Shown piece after piece: positions 41,012 to 51,124 of a DNA stretch of 64,000 nucleotides (its first letter is position 1; the number at the start of each line of letters is the position of its first letter). The notes under the pieces are model-generated. The model was not told where the DNA came from and did not search any database. It was given only the letters and a program-made list of their open reading frames with translations. Position numbers and translations under genes: made by a program. The stretch is from Succinivibrio sp. (GTDB taxonomy: Bacteria > Pseudomonadota > Gammaproteobacteria > Enterobacterales > Succinivibrionaceae). Where the stretch lies: NCBI GenBank assembly GCA_050873645.1, contig JBNMJE010000001.1:4255-68254 (forward strand), given 5' to 3'.

Positions 41012-42157
41012 ATGTTATTTAATAAAGGCAAAATTCCAGCATTTGACAGAGGCTTGTTAGTAGTTTCTCTGCTCTTAATTTGCCTTGGTATTATGGTCAT
41101 CAGTTCTGCTTCTGTAATGGAGTCTATGGTCAAATACGGAGATTCTCTGTATCAGACCAAAAAGCATGTATTTGCTGTGGGTATGGCTCTGTTTGTAGGT
41201 ATGCTCTGTGCGATGACTCCTACCGAGATTTGGAAAAAGTACTCACTGCCTTGTTTCATTGTAGTGTGTGCTTTGATGGTCTTAGTAATGATTGTGGGTC
41301 GTGAAATCAACGGTGCCAAGCGTTGGTTACCTTTAGGCTTTATTAACTTACAGCCATCAGAATTATTAAAGATCTTTTGGATCTTATATTTCTCATCCTA
41401 CGTCTCAAGAAAGATTGAAAGTATCAGTACCACAACCAAAGGCTTTATAAAACCGGCAGCTTTCATCGGAGTTATGGCAGTTCTTCTGCTAGTTCAGCAT
41501 GACATGGGCTCATTAGTGGTAGTCTCCTGTATTACCTACTCTTTAACCTTTATAGCTGGAGCTGGTTTCATCAAATATGGTGTGGTTATTCTCATTGCTT
41601 TACTATTAGCATTCCTCTTGGTTTTAATCTCACCATATCGTATTGCCAGATTTAAATCATTTATGGATCCTTGGCAGGATCAGTACGGTTCAGGCTATCA
41701 GTTAACTCAATCTCTGATGGCTTTTGGCCGTGGCGGTATCACCGGTGAAGGTTTAGGTAACTCTTATCAGAAATTAGGTTATCTGCCTGAAGCTCATACC
41801 GACTTTATTACCTCTATTTTAGGAGAGGAGTTTGGCTATGTAGGCATGGTAGTGCTCTTATTGTTAGAGCTCTTTATTGTCTATAAAGCTTTCAGACTTG
41901 CTTTTAAGATTTTAAAAAAGGACGCAATCTATCAGGGCTATGTAGCAGCAGGTATCGGCACCCTGTTCTGCGTACAGACCTTCATCAATGTAGGCTCTGC
42001 CTCAGGTGGTATTCCGACAAAAGGTTTGACCTTGCCACTTGTAAGTTATGGCGGTTCCTCGATGATCTCGTGCTGTATGGCAATTGCTATCTTGCTCAGA
42101 ATAGATTTTGAATGGCGTAATAACGTTATAAGCGATAAACGAAAAAATGAAAGTTAA
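41012..42157 (+). CDS. ftsW: SEDS peptidoglycan polymerase FtsW
   Basis: INGAKRW, QPSELLK, GYQLTQSL, LPEAHTDF, SYGGSS. Confidence 0.95.
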   Translation: MLFNKGKIPAFDRGLLVVSLLLICLGIMVISSASVMESMVKYGDSLYQTKKHVFAVGMALFVGMLCAMTPTEIWKKYSLPCFIVVCALMVLVMIVGREINGAKRWLPLGFINLQPSELLKIFWILYFSSYVSRKIESISTTTKGFIKPAAFIGVMAVLLLVQHDMGSLVVVSCITYSLTFIAGAGFIKYGVVILIALLLAFLLVLISPYRIARFKSFMDPWQDQYGSGYQLTQSLMAFGRGGITGEGLGNSYQKLGYLPEAHTDFITSILGEEFGYVGMVVLLLLELFIVYKAFRLAFKILKKDAIYQGYVAAGIGTLFCVQTFINVGSASGGIPTKGLTLPLVSYGGSSMISCCMAIAILLRIDFEWRNNVISDKRKNES

Positions 42158-43217
42158 AAAAGTATTAGTAATGGCAGGTGGTACAGGTGGACATGTATTT
42201 CCTGCTTTAGCTATTGCAAAAGCCCTAGAAAAAGAGGGCGCAGAAATTTTGTGGTTAGGAACTCGCGGTCGTATGGAAGAGATGTTAGTTCCTAAGTATG
42301 GTTACAATATCCGTTACATTGATGTTAAAGGTGTAAGACGCAACGGACTTAAAACTCTTTTAAAAGCTCCTTTTATGGTAGCAAGAGCCATTGTTCAGGC
42401 ACGAGCTGTAATTAAAGAGTTTAAACCAGACGTAGTTTTAGGTATGGGCGGTTATGCCTCAGGACCTGGTGGAGCTGCAGCTTTCTTATCAGGTATACCT
42501 GTAGTGCTGCATGAGCAGAATGCAGCTGCCGGTATGACCAACAAGCTTTTATTTAAGATTGCTTCAAAAGTAATGCTAGGTTTTCCTGGTGCCTTTACAG
42601 GAGATAAGGTCTCTGTAGTAGGTAACCCAGTGCGTGATAGCATTATTGCACTGCATGGTAAGACTCGTGATTTTAAGCATACACCTGTAAGGATCAGTAT
42701 TATTGGTGGTTCATTAGGAGCTAGAGCCTTAAATGAGTTAGTACCATTAGCTCTAAAGAAATTTACTGACAACTCAATTGCAGTTACCCATCAATGTGGT
42801 AAGGGCAACAGCGAAAAGGTTAAAGCTTTATATGAAGGCGCTTCCTTTAAAGTTGAAGCTACAGATTTTATTGATAACATGGATGCACTTTATGCCAATA
42901 CTGATTTAATTATCTGTAGAGCAGGTGCTTTGACTGTAGCTGAGACCTCAACTGCCGGTATCCCTGCTATTTTTGTGCCTCTGCCATCAGCTGTAGATGA
43001 TCATCAGACCAAGAACGCTTCAGTACTGGCAAAAGCAGGAGCTGCTTTTGTATGTAAACAGTCATCACTGAGCGCAGATTCTCTGTATGATTTGGTAAAA
43101 TCTCTAGTCGATGACAGAGAAAAACTTGCCTTCATGTCTTCAAAGGCATATGAATGTGCAATTACAGATGCTACAGAGCGCGCTGTAAAGATTATTGACA
43201 GCGTGGTTAAAGACTAG
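42147..43217 (+). CDS. murG: Lipid II GlcNAc transferase
   Basis: AGGTGGHVFP, HEQN, GNPVR, GGSLGA, CRAGALT, DDHQ. Confidence 0.97.
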   Translation: MKVKKVLVMAGGTGGHVFPALAIAKALEKEGAEILWLGTRGRMEEMLVPKYGYNIRYIDVKGVRRNGLKTLLKAPFMVARAIVQARAVIKEFKPDVVLGMGGYASGPGGAAAFLSGIPVVLHEQNAAAGMTNKLLFKIASKVMLGFPGAFTGDKVSVVGNPVRDSIIALHGKTRDFKHTPVRISIIGGSLGARALNELVPLALKKFTDNSIAVTHQCGKGNSEKVKALYEGASFKVEATDFIDNMDALYANTDLIICRAGALTVAETSTAGIPAIFVPLPSAVDDHQTKNASVLAKAGAAFVCKQSSLSADSLYDLVKSLVDDREKLAFMSSKAYECAITDATERAVKIIDSVVKD

Positions 43218-43287
43218 TGGTCACAGATCTTAAAAGATCTGAATAGAAAAGATTTAAGTATACGATTACAAGAAAAGATAGTTTTAA

Positions 43288-44715
43288 ATGGAAAGTTCAA
43301 AGTTAAACTGCAATGTGCCTCTGATGCACAAAGTTAAAAGAATTCACTTTGTAGGTATCGGTGGTGCCGGCATGTGCGGTATTGCTGAAGTTTTAAGAAA
43401 CGAAGGTTATGCTGTATCCGGTTCTGATATTGCAGCTTCAAAAGTTACCAAAAGATTAGAGAGCTTAGGTATTACTGTATTTATTGGCCATAATGCTTCA
43501 AATGTAAATGGCGCAAGCGTAGTTGTAGTGTCATCTGCAATTCACGAAGGTAATCCTGAGGTTGACAGCGCCAGAGCAATGCACATTCCAGTAGTAAGAC
43601 GTGCTGAGATGTTAGGTGAGCTCATGCGTTACCGCTATGGTATTGCTATTAGTGGAACCCATGGTAAGACTACAACTACAAGTTTAATTGCATCTATCTA
43701 TGCTGCTGCAAAATTAGATCCTACCTTTGTGATAGGCGGTCTTTTAAACAGTGCAGGTACTAATGCAAGATTAGGTACAGGCAGATATTTGATTGCTGAA
43801 GCTGACGAGTCAGATGCTTCATTCTTACACTTACAGCCAATGATGACTGTAGTAACTAACATTGAGCCAGATCATCTTGATACTTATGGCGGTGATTTTA
43901 ACTGCCTTAAAAAGACCTTTGTGGAATTCTTACACAACTTGCCATTCTATGGTGTTGCAGTAGTTTGTGTAGATGATCCTAATGTAAGAGATATCATTCC
44001 ACAAATTGGCAGAACTGTAATTACTTATGGTGTAAGTGAAGATGCTGATTTTAGAGTGACCGATTTTAAAGAAACAGGTCCTCACAGCTCCTTTACCTTA
44101 GTAAGAAAAGATGCAGCTCCTTTAAAGATTGAGTTACCAATTCCAGGTCTGCATATGGCAAAGAATGCAGCAGCTGCGATTGCTGTAGCCCTAGAAGAAG
44201 GTATTGAAGATGACGTCATTGTACAGGCTTTAAAGAACTTTAAAGGTGTAGGCAGACGTTTCCAGAATTATGGTGAGTTTAAGACCAAGAAAGGATGTAC
44301 TTTAACTTTAGTTGATGACTATGGTCATCACCCAACTGAGGTTGATGCAACTATTAAGGCTGCAAGACAGGCATATCCTGATAAGAAACTGGTGATGGTA
44401 TTCCAGCCTCACCGTTATACTCGTACTCGTGACTGTTACGAGGACTTTGTAAGAGTATTACAGCAGGTTGATAAGTTAATCCTAGTGGATGTATATCCAG
44501 CAGGTGAAACTCCAATTCCTGGTGCTGATGGCAGACACTTATGTATGTCAATTAGATTACAAGGCAAGATTGAGCCTCATTTCGTGCAGACTGTAGATGA
44601 AGTTCCTGCTCTGTTAGAAGAACTAGTGGAGGATAACTCATTAGTTCTAACTCAAGGTGCTGGTAACGTCGTTCAGGTTGCAAGAAACTTAAGCGAAATA
44701 TGGGAAAAGATTTAA
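43288..44715 (+). CDS. murC: UDP-MurNAc:L-Ala ligase
   Basis: [43 protein letters not shown]. Confidence 0.97.
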   Translation: MESSKLNCNVPLMHKVKRIHFVGIGGAGMCGIAEVLRNEGYAVSGSDIAASKVTKRLESLGITVFIGHNASNVNGASVVVVSSAIHEGNPEVDSARAMHIPVVRRAEMLGELMRYRYGIAISGTHGKTTTTSLIASIYAAAKLDPTFVIGGLLNSAGTNARLGTGRYLIAEADESDASFLHLQPMMTVVTNIEPDHLDTYGGDFNCLKKTFVEFLHNLPFYGVAVVCVDDPNVRDIIPQIGRTVITYGVSEDADFRVTDFKETGPHSSFTLVRKDAAPLKIELPIPGLHMAKNAAAAIAVALEEGIEDDVIVQALKNFKGVGRRFQNYGEFKTKKGCTLTLVDDYGHHPTEVDATIKAARQAYPDKKLVMVFQPHRYTRTRDCYEDFVRVLQQVDKLILVDVYPAGETPIPGADGRHLCMSIRLQGKIEPHFVQTVDEVPALLEELVEDNSLVLTQGAGNVVQVARNLSEIWEKI

Positions 44716-44732
44716 TTTAGGCCCTAAAGACT

Positions 44733-45506
44733 ATGGCAGGCAATAAACAGACAAGAGGTTACTTTATAGCAGGTGTACTATTCCTGCTACTCTTGATTAT
44801 TGCCATAGTGAAAAGTGACTATATCATTCAGAACACTTTGTCTGAAACTGGCGCATTACCAGTTAAGGCAGTAAAGATTGATGGTGTTTTCAGACAGCTT
44901 ACCAGAAAAGGTATAGCTGATGTCACTGGTAGAATTTGCGCAGGTCAGAATATAGCAACTTTAGATACTAATGTATTAAAAGATGAGCTCATGAAAAATC
45001 CATGGGTAGCTCAGGTTGCTGTAAAGAAAAAGATGCCAGATACTATCGTGTTATCTGTCATTGAGCATGTACCTGCTGCTTACTGGAATGACAACGGCAT
45101 CTATGATGCCCGTACAAAATCAATTTTTTATCCGGATCTGTCACAATTTAGCCAACCATTAGTGAAACTTGGCGCATTTAGGGATAATCTGTGTAATGAA
45201 GTTTACGACAGTGCTGTTTTGTTCATAAGAGCAATGACTGACAGTCCTTATCAGATGGTAGCTTTGTATTTAGATAAAGTAAGGTGTTACACCATTACTT
45301 TAGATAACGGTACAAGACTTATCTTAGGTAGAGGACAGGATAAAGCTTTGAGCAGATTAAAGCGATTTATCCGATCATTCAGTCATTCTGGACTTAGCAT
45401 CGATGATGTCGATTATGTGGATTTAAGGTATGATGTAGGCTTTGCTGTAGGTAAGAGAGACGCAAATTCACCTAATGCAGTTTCTTCCGAGAGTACAAGC
45501 TATTAG
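44733..45506 (+). CDS. ftsQ: Cell division protein FtsQ
   Basis: Short cytoplasmic N-terminus, TM, POTRA (NPWVAQVAVKKKMPD), YVDLRYDVGFAVG. Confidence 0.87.
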   Translation: MAGNKQTRGYFIAGVLFLLLLIIAIVKSDYIIQNTLSETGALPVKAVKIDGVFRQLTRKGIADVTGRICAGQNIATLDTNVLKDELMKNPWVAQVAVKKKMPDTIVLSVIEHVPAAYWNDNGIYDARTKSIFYPDLSQFSQPLVKLGAFRDNLCNEVYDSAVLFIRAMTDSPYQMVALYLDKVRCYTITLDNGTRLILGRGQDKALSRLKRFIRSFSHSGLSIDDVDYVDLRYDVGFAVGKRDANSPNAVSSESTSY

Positions 45507-45542
45507 CTTATTAAAAAGATAATTTTATTAAGGGTATTCATA

Positions 45543-46955
45543 ATGCTAAATATGAAGAAGAAAAACAATAATGCAGTTGCAAAGAGTGATAAGGAAGAAC
45601 TTATCACTGCCCTTGATATTGGTAGTAGCCATCTGCGTTTATTAGCAGGCTATGTAGCACCTGATAAGCAGATTAGAGTAAGAGGCTATAAAGAAATTAA
45701 GAGTGCTGGTTACTCTAAAGGCGAAATCAATGATATTACAAAGTTAGCAGCATCCATTGCTTCTGTTGTACAGCAGTTCCAAAATGAGTACGGCATAGAA
45801 GTTAAAAATGTAGTAACTGGTGTTCCAGGTCACGTCATTCAGGGCGAAAATCAGCAGGGCAATGTCACTGTAGGCACAGGACATGTAAGCGAGTTTGATA
45901 GAAATAGAGCTATTGAAAATGCTGCAGCTGGCCTTCAGCAGTTAAATCGCAATGACTTTGTGATCATTCATAAGAATCCACAGAATTATTCTACTGAGTC
46001 ATCAGAAAACATTGTCAACCCAATCGGCTTTTATGCCAAAAGACTTGATGTAAATGTACATTTCATCGGTTGTAAGGGCTTGTACAAAAAGAATATTGAA
46101 CAAGCTATCAGTATGATTAGCTCCAATATTCATACTAAGAATGTAATTTTTGTCGGAAATGCCGTCTCAGCTGCTGCGATTACTGAAAATGAAAAAGAAA
46201 TTGGTGTTATTCAGGCTGATATCGGTGGTGGCACTATTTCATTTACCGTATATGATTCAGGTAAGCAGTTAATCTCACAGGGTATTTCTGATGGTGGTGA
46301 CTATATTACCAATTCAATTGCAAGAGAGTTTGGTATTCCAAAGCAGTCGGCAGAACAGGTGAAACTTCAATATGGTATTGCTTCTCCTGAATTAATTCCT
46401 GAAGGACAAGAAGATTACCAAATCAAAGTTCAAGTTCCATCTCAGTTATCTAATAGCTATGAAGAGGTAACACTGACTATTACTGATCTTTCTACAGTGA
46501 TCCACAGATGCTTACTCAATATGTTTGAGCTTTTATTCCAGAGAATTACAAGCCATGGTAAATCCTTCTTAAAGTCCCTGGATATTGGCGCCGGTGTGGT
46601 TCTAACCGGTGGAACTGCAATGTTATATGGTATTGACAGGGTTTTATCTGAATTTATTGTTGCTTATACCCAAAATCCTGCTAATGATTTCTTACATTGC
46701 AACTACAAGGTTAAAATTGGTCTGCCTTTAGGCGTTAGAATGTGCGACGATGTGCAGATCCCTGAAGAACTTCGTGGTGAGAAAACAGGAATTGCCGTAA
46801 AACCAGATCAGGCAACAGTATTTGGCCTTTTAAGAGTAGCTAAATTTGAGAATTTAGAGCAATATTCTAATTCAAGATCAAAAGATGACGATTCTGAAGA
46901 ACATGGAAAAGGTCTCCTTGGAGCCTTCAGAAGTTGGATGAAAAGAGAGTTATAG
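45543..46955 (+). CDS. ftsA: Cell division protein FtsA (divergent)
   Basis: ALDIGSS, ADIGGGT, AEQVKLQYG, VLTGGTAML, C-terminal amphipathic helix GLLGAFRSWMKREL. Confidence 0.85.
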   Translation: MLNMKKKNNNAVAKSDKEELITALDIGSSHLRLLAGYVAPDKQIRVRGYKEIKSAGYSKGEINDITKLAASIASVVQQFQNEYGIEVKNVVTGVPGHVIQGENQQGNVTVGTGHVSEFDRNRAIENAAAGLQQLNRNDFVIIHKNPQNYSTESSENIVNPIGFYAKRLDVNVHFIGCKGLYKKNIEQAISMISSNIHTKNVIFVGNAVSAAAITENEKEIGVIQADIGGGTISFTVYDSGKQLISQGISDGGDYITNSIAREFGIPKQSAEQVKLQYGIASPELIPEGQEDYQIKVQVPSQLSNSYEEVTLTITDLSTVIHRCLLNMFELLFQRITSHGKSFLKSLDIGAGVVLTGGTAMLYGIDRVLSEFIVAYTQNPANDFLHCNYKVKIGLPLGVRMCDDVQIPEELRGEKTGIAVKPDQATVFGLLRVAKFENLEQYSNSRSKDDDSEEHGKGLLGAFRSWMKREL

Positions 46956-47066
46956 ATTGTTAAAAGCTCACTTTGACGTGAGCTATAACAAAAATTTATG
47001 CTAAATTTGAGCAGAATGTCTCAAATATTGGTATGATTTAGAAAAGATTTTTAAGAGAGTACAAAA

Positions 47067-48446
47067 ATGAGCGATTTTCGTGTTGAATCAGTGTCAAATT
47101 CAAATGCAGGGAGCACTATAACTCCTTCAGGAAAATGTGTTATCAGAGTATTAGGCATCGGTGGTGGTGGCGGTAACTCACTGCAACACATGATTAATGA
47201 CAGTCTTTCAGGTGTAGAGTTTATTGCTGTAAACACAGACTCTCAGGCTCTTTCTAAGTCAACCTCACCATTAAAGGTACAGATTGGTGTTAAGTTAACA
47301 AACGGTCTTGGTGCAGGTTGTGATCCTAACAAGGGTCGTAAAGCAGCTGAGGAAAGCAAGGAAGACATCAAGAAGTTGATTCAGGGATCTGACATGGTAT
47401 TTATCACCGCAGGTATGGGCGGTGGTACTGGTACTGGTGCAGCTCCTATCATTGCTGAGATCGCTAAAGAAACAGGTGCTCTTACAGTTGCAGTTGTAAC
47501 TAAGCCATTTAAGTTTGAAGGCAAGAGACACATGGTTAATGCCGAGTCTGGTATTACCGAGCTTTCAAAGCATGTTGATTCTTTAATCGTTATCGATAAC
47601 GATAAGTTATTAAAGAACTTAGGTGCAAACATTTCTATTGTTAACGCATTTAATGCAGCTAACGATGTTCTGTTAAATGCTGTTAAGGGTATTACTGACG
47701 CAATCACAAGTCCAGGCTACATTAACCTAGACTTCGCTGATGTTGTAACCGTAATGCGCGGTCGTGGTCATGCAATGATCGGTAACGGTGTAGGTCAGGG
47801 CGCAAACTTTGTTGAGGATGCAGTTGATAGAGCAATCCACTCACCTCTAATCGAGCAGGTTGATATCAAGTCAGCAGCAGGTTTACTTGCAAATGTTCGT
47901 GTTAACCCTAACTTCCCAATTGCAAAATGGGAAGAAATTTGTAATGCAATTCAGTCATATGCTGATGAAGAGGCAGATTGCAAGTTTGGTATGAGCTTCG
48001 ACGATTCTATCGCTGAAGATCAGGTTGCAATTACCATCTTAATTACCGGTATCAGCGCAACTGACAATACTTTAGCTGCTAACAAGCCTCGTCCAAACAC
48101 AGTTGAAGGTTTAAATCGTCCTGCAATGCCAGGTACAAGACCTGCAGCAACTAGAGGTTTCTTTACTCAGGCAAGAACTGATGCAGCTCCTCAGAGCTTC
48201 ACCGCTTCACAGCCTCAGCAGCAGTCACAGCAGCAGCCTCTGCAGCAACCACATGCTCAGACACCTGATCCATTTGCTCAGACTGCTTACAACGGAAGCT
48301 TCGGCTCAGCAGCTCCTCAGGAGCCTACATTCTCAGGCTTAAAGGGTGCAACTGAAGTTCCTGTAGACAGCTTTGGTAAGAGCCCAGCTGAAGATAACAG
48401 CAATATTTGGGAATTACCTCCAATCTTACGTTCAAAGTCTGAATAA
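47067..48446 (+). CDS. ftsZ: FtsZ copy 1 (full length, long linker, divergent C-terminal peptide)
   Basis: [16 protein letters not shown]7 loop INLDFADV, about 130-aa tail ending IWELPPILRSKSE. Confidence 0.96.
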   Translation: MSDFRVESVSNSNAGSTITPSGKCVIRVLGIGGGGGNSLQHMINDSLSGVEFIAVNTDSQALSKSTSPLKVQIGVKLTNGLGAGCDPNKGRKAAEESKEDIKKLIQGSDMVFITAGMGGGTGTGAAPIIAEIAKETGALTVAVVTKPFKFEGKRHMVNAESGITELSKHVDSLIVIDNDKLLKNLGANISIVNAFNAANDVLLNAVKGITDAITSPGYINLDFADVVTVMRGRGHAMIGNGVGQGANFVEDAVDRAIHSPLIEQVDIKSAAGLLANVRVNPNFPIAKWEEICNAIQSYADEEADCKFGMSFDDSIAEDQVAITILITGISATDNTLAANKPRPNTVEGLNRPAMPGTRPAATRGFFTQARTDAAPQSFTASQPQQQSQQQPLQQPHAQTPDPFAQTAYNGSFGSAAPQEPTFSGLKGATEVPVDSFGKSPAEDNSNIWELPPILRSKSE

Positions 48447-48478
48447 TTAGACTAAATCTTGTAAGATACAACGAATTT

Positions 48479-48503
48479 AAAACGGAGCTTAGGCTCCGTT
48501 TTT
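48479..48503 (+). terminator. Intrinsic terminator between the two ftsZ genes
   Basis: aaaacggagc-ttag-gctccgtttt. Confidence 0.85.
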
Positions 48504-48610
48504 CGTTATGATTTCCTTATTTTTATAATTCCTCGAACTTACGTCCCCTAACTTTAAAAATCCCTTTTTTACTCAATTTGTGTGCACAAACTAGAAATAT
48601 CCGCCTAAGG

Positions 48611-48638
48611 TTGCAAAATAAATTTGATTTTTTATAAT
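48611..48638 (+). promoter_or_regulatory. Sigma70-like promoter for ftsZ copy 2
   Basis: TTGCAA-N16-TATAAT, with GGAG upstream of the ATG at 48674. Confidence 0.6.
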
Positions 48639-48673
48639 GTCATTCAATATAAACTTGCGGAGCCAAGAGATAA

Positions 48674-49720
48674 ATGAGTGATATTAAAGTAGAAAACGAT
48701 ATCAACATGCAGGGAGATACTATTACTCCATCATGTGGTTGTGTAATTAGAGTAATTGGTGTCGGTGGCGGTGGTAACAACGCACTGCAGTATATGCTTG
48801 ATAAAAATTTAGCCGGCGTCGAGTGCATGGCTATCAATACTGATCCTCAGACTCTTGAAAGAACCAATGCTAAATTAAAAGTGCAGATTGGTGTAAGAAC
48901 TACCAATGGTCTAGGTGCAGGTTGTGATCCAAACAAGGGACGCAAGGCAGCTGAAGAGAGCTATGAAGACATTAAAAAGTTATTAGCAGGCTCTGACATG
49001 GTATTTATCACTGCAGGTATGGGCGGTGGTACCGGTACTGGTGCTTCTCCAATTGTGGCAAAAGTGGCTAGAGAGGTTGGTGCATTAACTATTGCTATCG
49101 TAACTCAGCCATTCTCCTTTGAAGGTAAGCGTCACCGTATCAATGCTATGGCAGGTATTGGTGAACTTGCTAAGAATGTTGATTCCATCATTATTGTGGA
49201 TAATGACAAGTTATTAAGAAACTTAGGTCCTAATGTTTCTTTAAAGACAGCTTTTGAAAAGGCTAATGAAGTTTTATATCAAGCAGTAGAAGGTATTACC
49301 TCTGCTATTACCAATACTGGCTATATCAATCTTGATTTTGCTGATATTGTAACTGTAATGAGAAACAGTGGTTTAGCTATGATTGGTTCATCTGAAGGTC
49401 AGGGACCAAACTTAGTTGAAGATACTGTTAAGAAGGCTATCAACTCTCCATTAGTCGATAACGTAAACTTAGGATCAGCAACAGGTTTAATTGCTAATAT
49501 CAGAGTAAGTCAGAATATTCCTGTAAATATCCTGTCTGAAGTCTGCGATGCTATTCAGTCATATGCTAGAGAAGATGCTACCTGTAAGTTTGGCTTGTAT
49601 TTTGATGACAAACTTGAAGATGGCAAGATTGCAGCTACTGTTTTAGTAACTGGTATTAGCTCAACTGATATTGATTTACCATCAAATCAGGCTATCAACA
49701 GACTAAATCCAATGAACTAA
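48674..49720 (+). CDS. ftsZ: FtsZ copy 2 (GTPase core only, about 20-aa tail)
   Basis: [23 protein letters not shown] intact; ends 20 residues after the TGI motif. Confidence 0.93.
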   Translation: MSDIKVENDINMQGDTITPSCGCVIRVIGVGGGGNNALQYMLDKNLAGVECMAINTDPQTLERTNAKLKVQIGVRTTNGLGAGCDPNKGRKAAEESYEDIKKLLAGSDMVFITAGMGGGTGTGASPIVAKVAREVGALTIAIVTQPFSFEGKRHRINAMAGIGELAKNVDSIIIVDNDKLLRNLGPNVSLKTAFEKANEVLYQAVEGITSAITNTGYINLDFADIVTVMRNSGLAMIGSSEGQGPNLVEDTVKKAINSPLVDNVNLGSATGLIANIRVSQNIPVNILSEVCDAIQSYAREDATCKFGLYFDDKLEDGKIAATVLVTGISSTDIDLPSNQAINRLNPMN

Positions 49721-49860
49721 GAGAGTAAAAAGTCCAAGTAATAGCTCAGAAAAATTGGACAATATTAACTGTAAGAACAGGTTAAAAATACTGATTATAA
49801 GATTAAATTTTTGTAAAAAAGTTGGCTTAAATCAGATATAAATCGGTTTTTACATACGAT

Positions 49861-49899
49861 AAAAGCGTAATTGCACTAGACATGTAATTACGCTTTTTT
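49861..49899 (+). terminator. Intrinsic terminator after ftsZ copy 2
   Basis: aaaagcgtaattgca / tgtaattacgctttt stem followed by a T run. Confidence 0.75.
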
Positions 49900-50176
49900 C
49901 TATAATTTATTCAGAAAATAAAAATAGGTTTGTCGCTTTCTGCTAATTTATCCCTAAGAATAAGCGACTAATATCACATGCAGCAAATAAAAGATTTGGG
50001 AACTTTTGTTAAATTCAAGGCTCTAACAAAAGGACTTTAACAAAGAAGCTCTGACAAAGAGCTTTAACAAAATATAGTTAAGTTTTGTTTAACTTATTGT
50101 TAAAAATGTTCGCTAGATCGCAAAAAAGTTATATAATGTGCACCAATTCTGCACCATATTGGCGTGAGGTATTCAA

Positions 50177-51115
50177 ATGATCAAGCAGAGAACAATCCTA
50201 AAACCTGTATCAATGACAGGTATCGGTCTTCATTCTGGTGCTAAGGTAGAAGTGGCTTTCAGACCAGCTCCTGCTAATACCGGTCTTGTTTATACACGCA
50301 CAGATTTAAATCCTGCCGTAACCATCAAATGTACAGCTGATTCAGTTAGAGATACTCAGTTATGTACCGCTTTAGTTAACGATAACGGTGTCAGAATTTC
50401 TACTGTTGAACATCTTACCGCAGCTTTGAGTTCACTTGGTATCGATAACCTTTTCATCGATGTTAACGCTCCTGAAATTCCTGTAATGGATGGTTCAGCA
50501 CAACCTTTTATTTACCTGTTCGGTACTACCGGCATTAAAGAGTTAGCTACTCCTAAAAAGTTTTTAAGAGTTGCTCGTAAGGTACGTGTAGAAAACGAAG
50601 GTAAGTGGGCAGAATTAACTCCTTCTGAGAGTGGTTTCCATTTAGATTTACAAATCGACTTTAACCACCCTGCAATGGACAGAGATAAGCAGCACTTTGC
50701 AATGGACTTTACAGGTCAGAAGTTTGCAAGTGAAGTTTCTCGTGCTCGTACTTTCTGCTTCATGCGTGATGTTGAATTTATGCATGCTCATAACTTAGCT
50801 TTAGGTGGTTCTTTAGAGAACGCTGTAGTTTTAGATGACAACAGAGTAATCAATCCTGAAGGCCTGCGTTACGAAGATGAGTTCGTAAAGCACAAGTTAC
50901 TAGATGCTATCGGTGATCTGTACATGGATGGTCACAGCATCCTAGGTAATTTCAAAGCTTATAAGACCGGTCATGATTTAAACAACCGTCTTTTAAGAGC
51001 ATTCTTAGCAGATCCTAAGAACTATGAAGTTATCGAGTTTACTGATGAAGTAGCTGATAGCGCAGAACATGCTATCGATTTTTTGGATAGCAAGAAAGCA
51101 TTAAGAGCCTTTTAA
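50177..51115 (+). CDS. lpxC: UDP-3-O-acyl-GlcNAc deacetylase
   Basis: [38 protein letters not shown]. Confidence 0.97.
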   Translation: MIKQRTILKPVSMTGIGLHSGAKVEVAFRPAPANTGLVYTRTDLNPAVTIKCTADSVRDTQLCTALVNDNGVRISTVEHLTAALSSLGIDNLFIDVNAPEIPVMDGSAQPFIYLFGTTGIKELATPKKFLRVARKVRVENEGKWAELTPSESGFHLDLQIDFNHPAMDRDKQHFAMDFTGQKFASEVSRARTFCFMRDVEFMHAHNLALGGSLENAVVLDDNRVINPEGLRYEDEFVKHKLLDAIGDLYMDGHSILGNFKAYKTGHDLNNRLLRAFLADPKNYEVIEFTDEVADSAEHAIDFLDSKKALRAF

Positions 51116-51124
51116 GGAATATAA

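Noticed and set aside
44715-44733. No ddl gene between murC and ftsQ
   Set aside because: As I recall, ddl is also outside the dcw cluster in Vibrio-like gammaproteobacteria, so this is probably ordinary.
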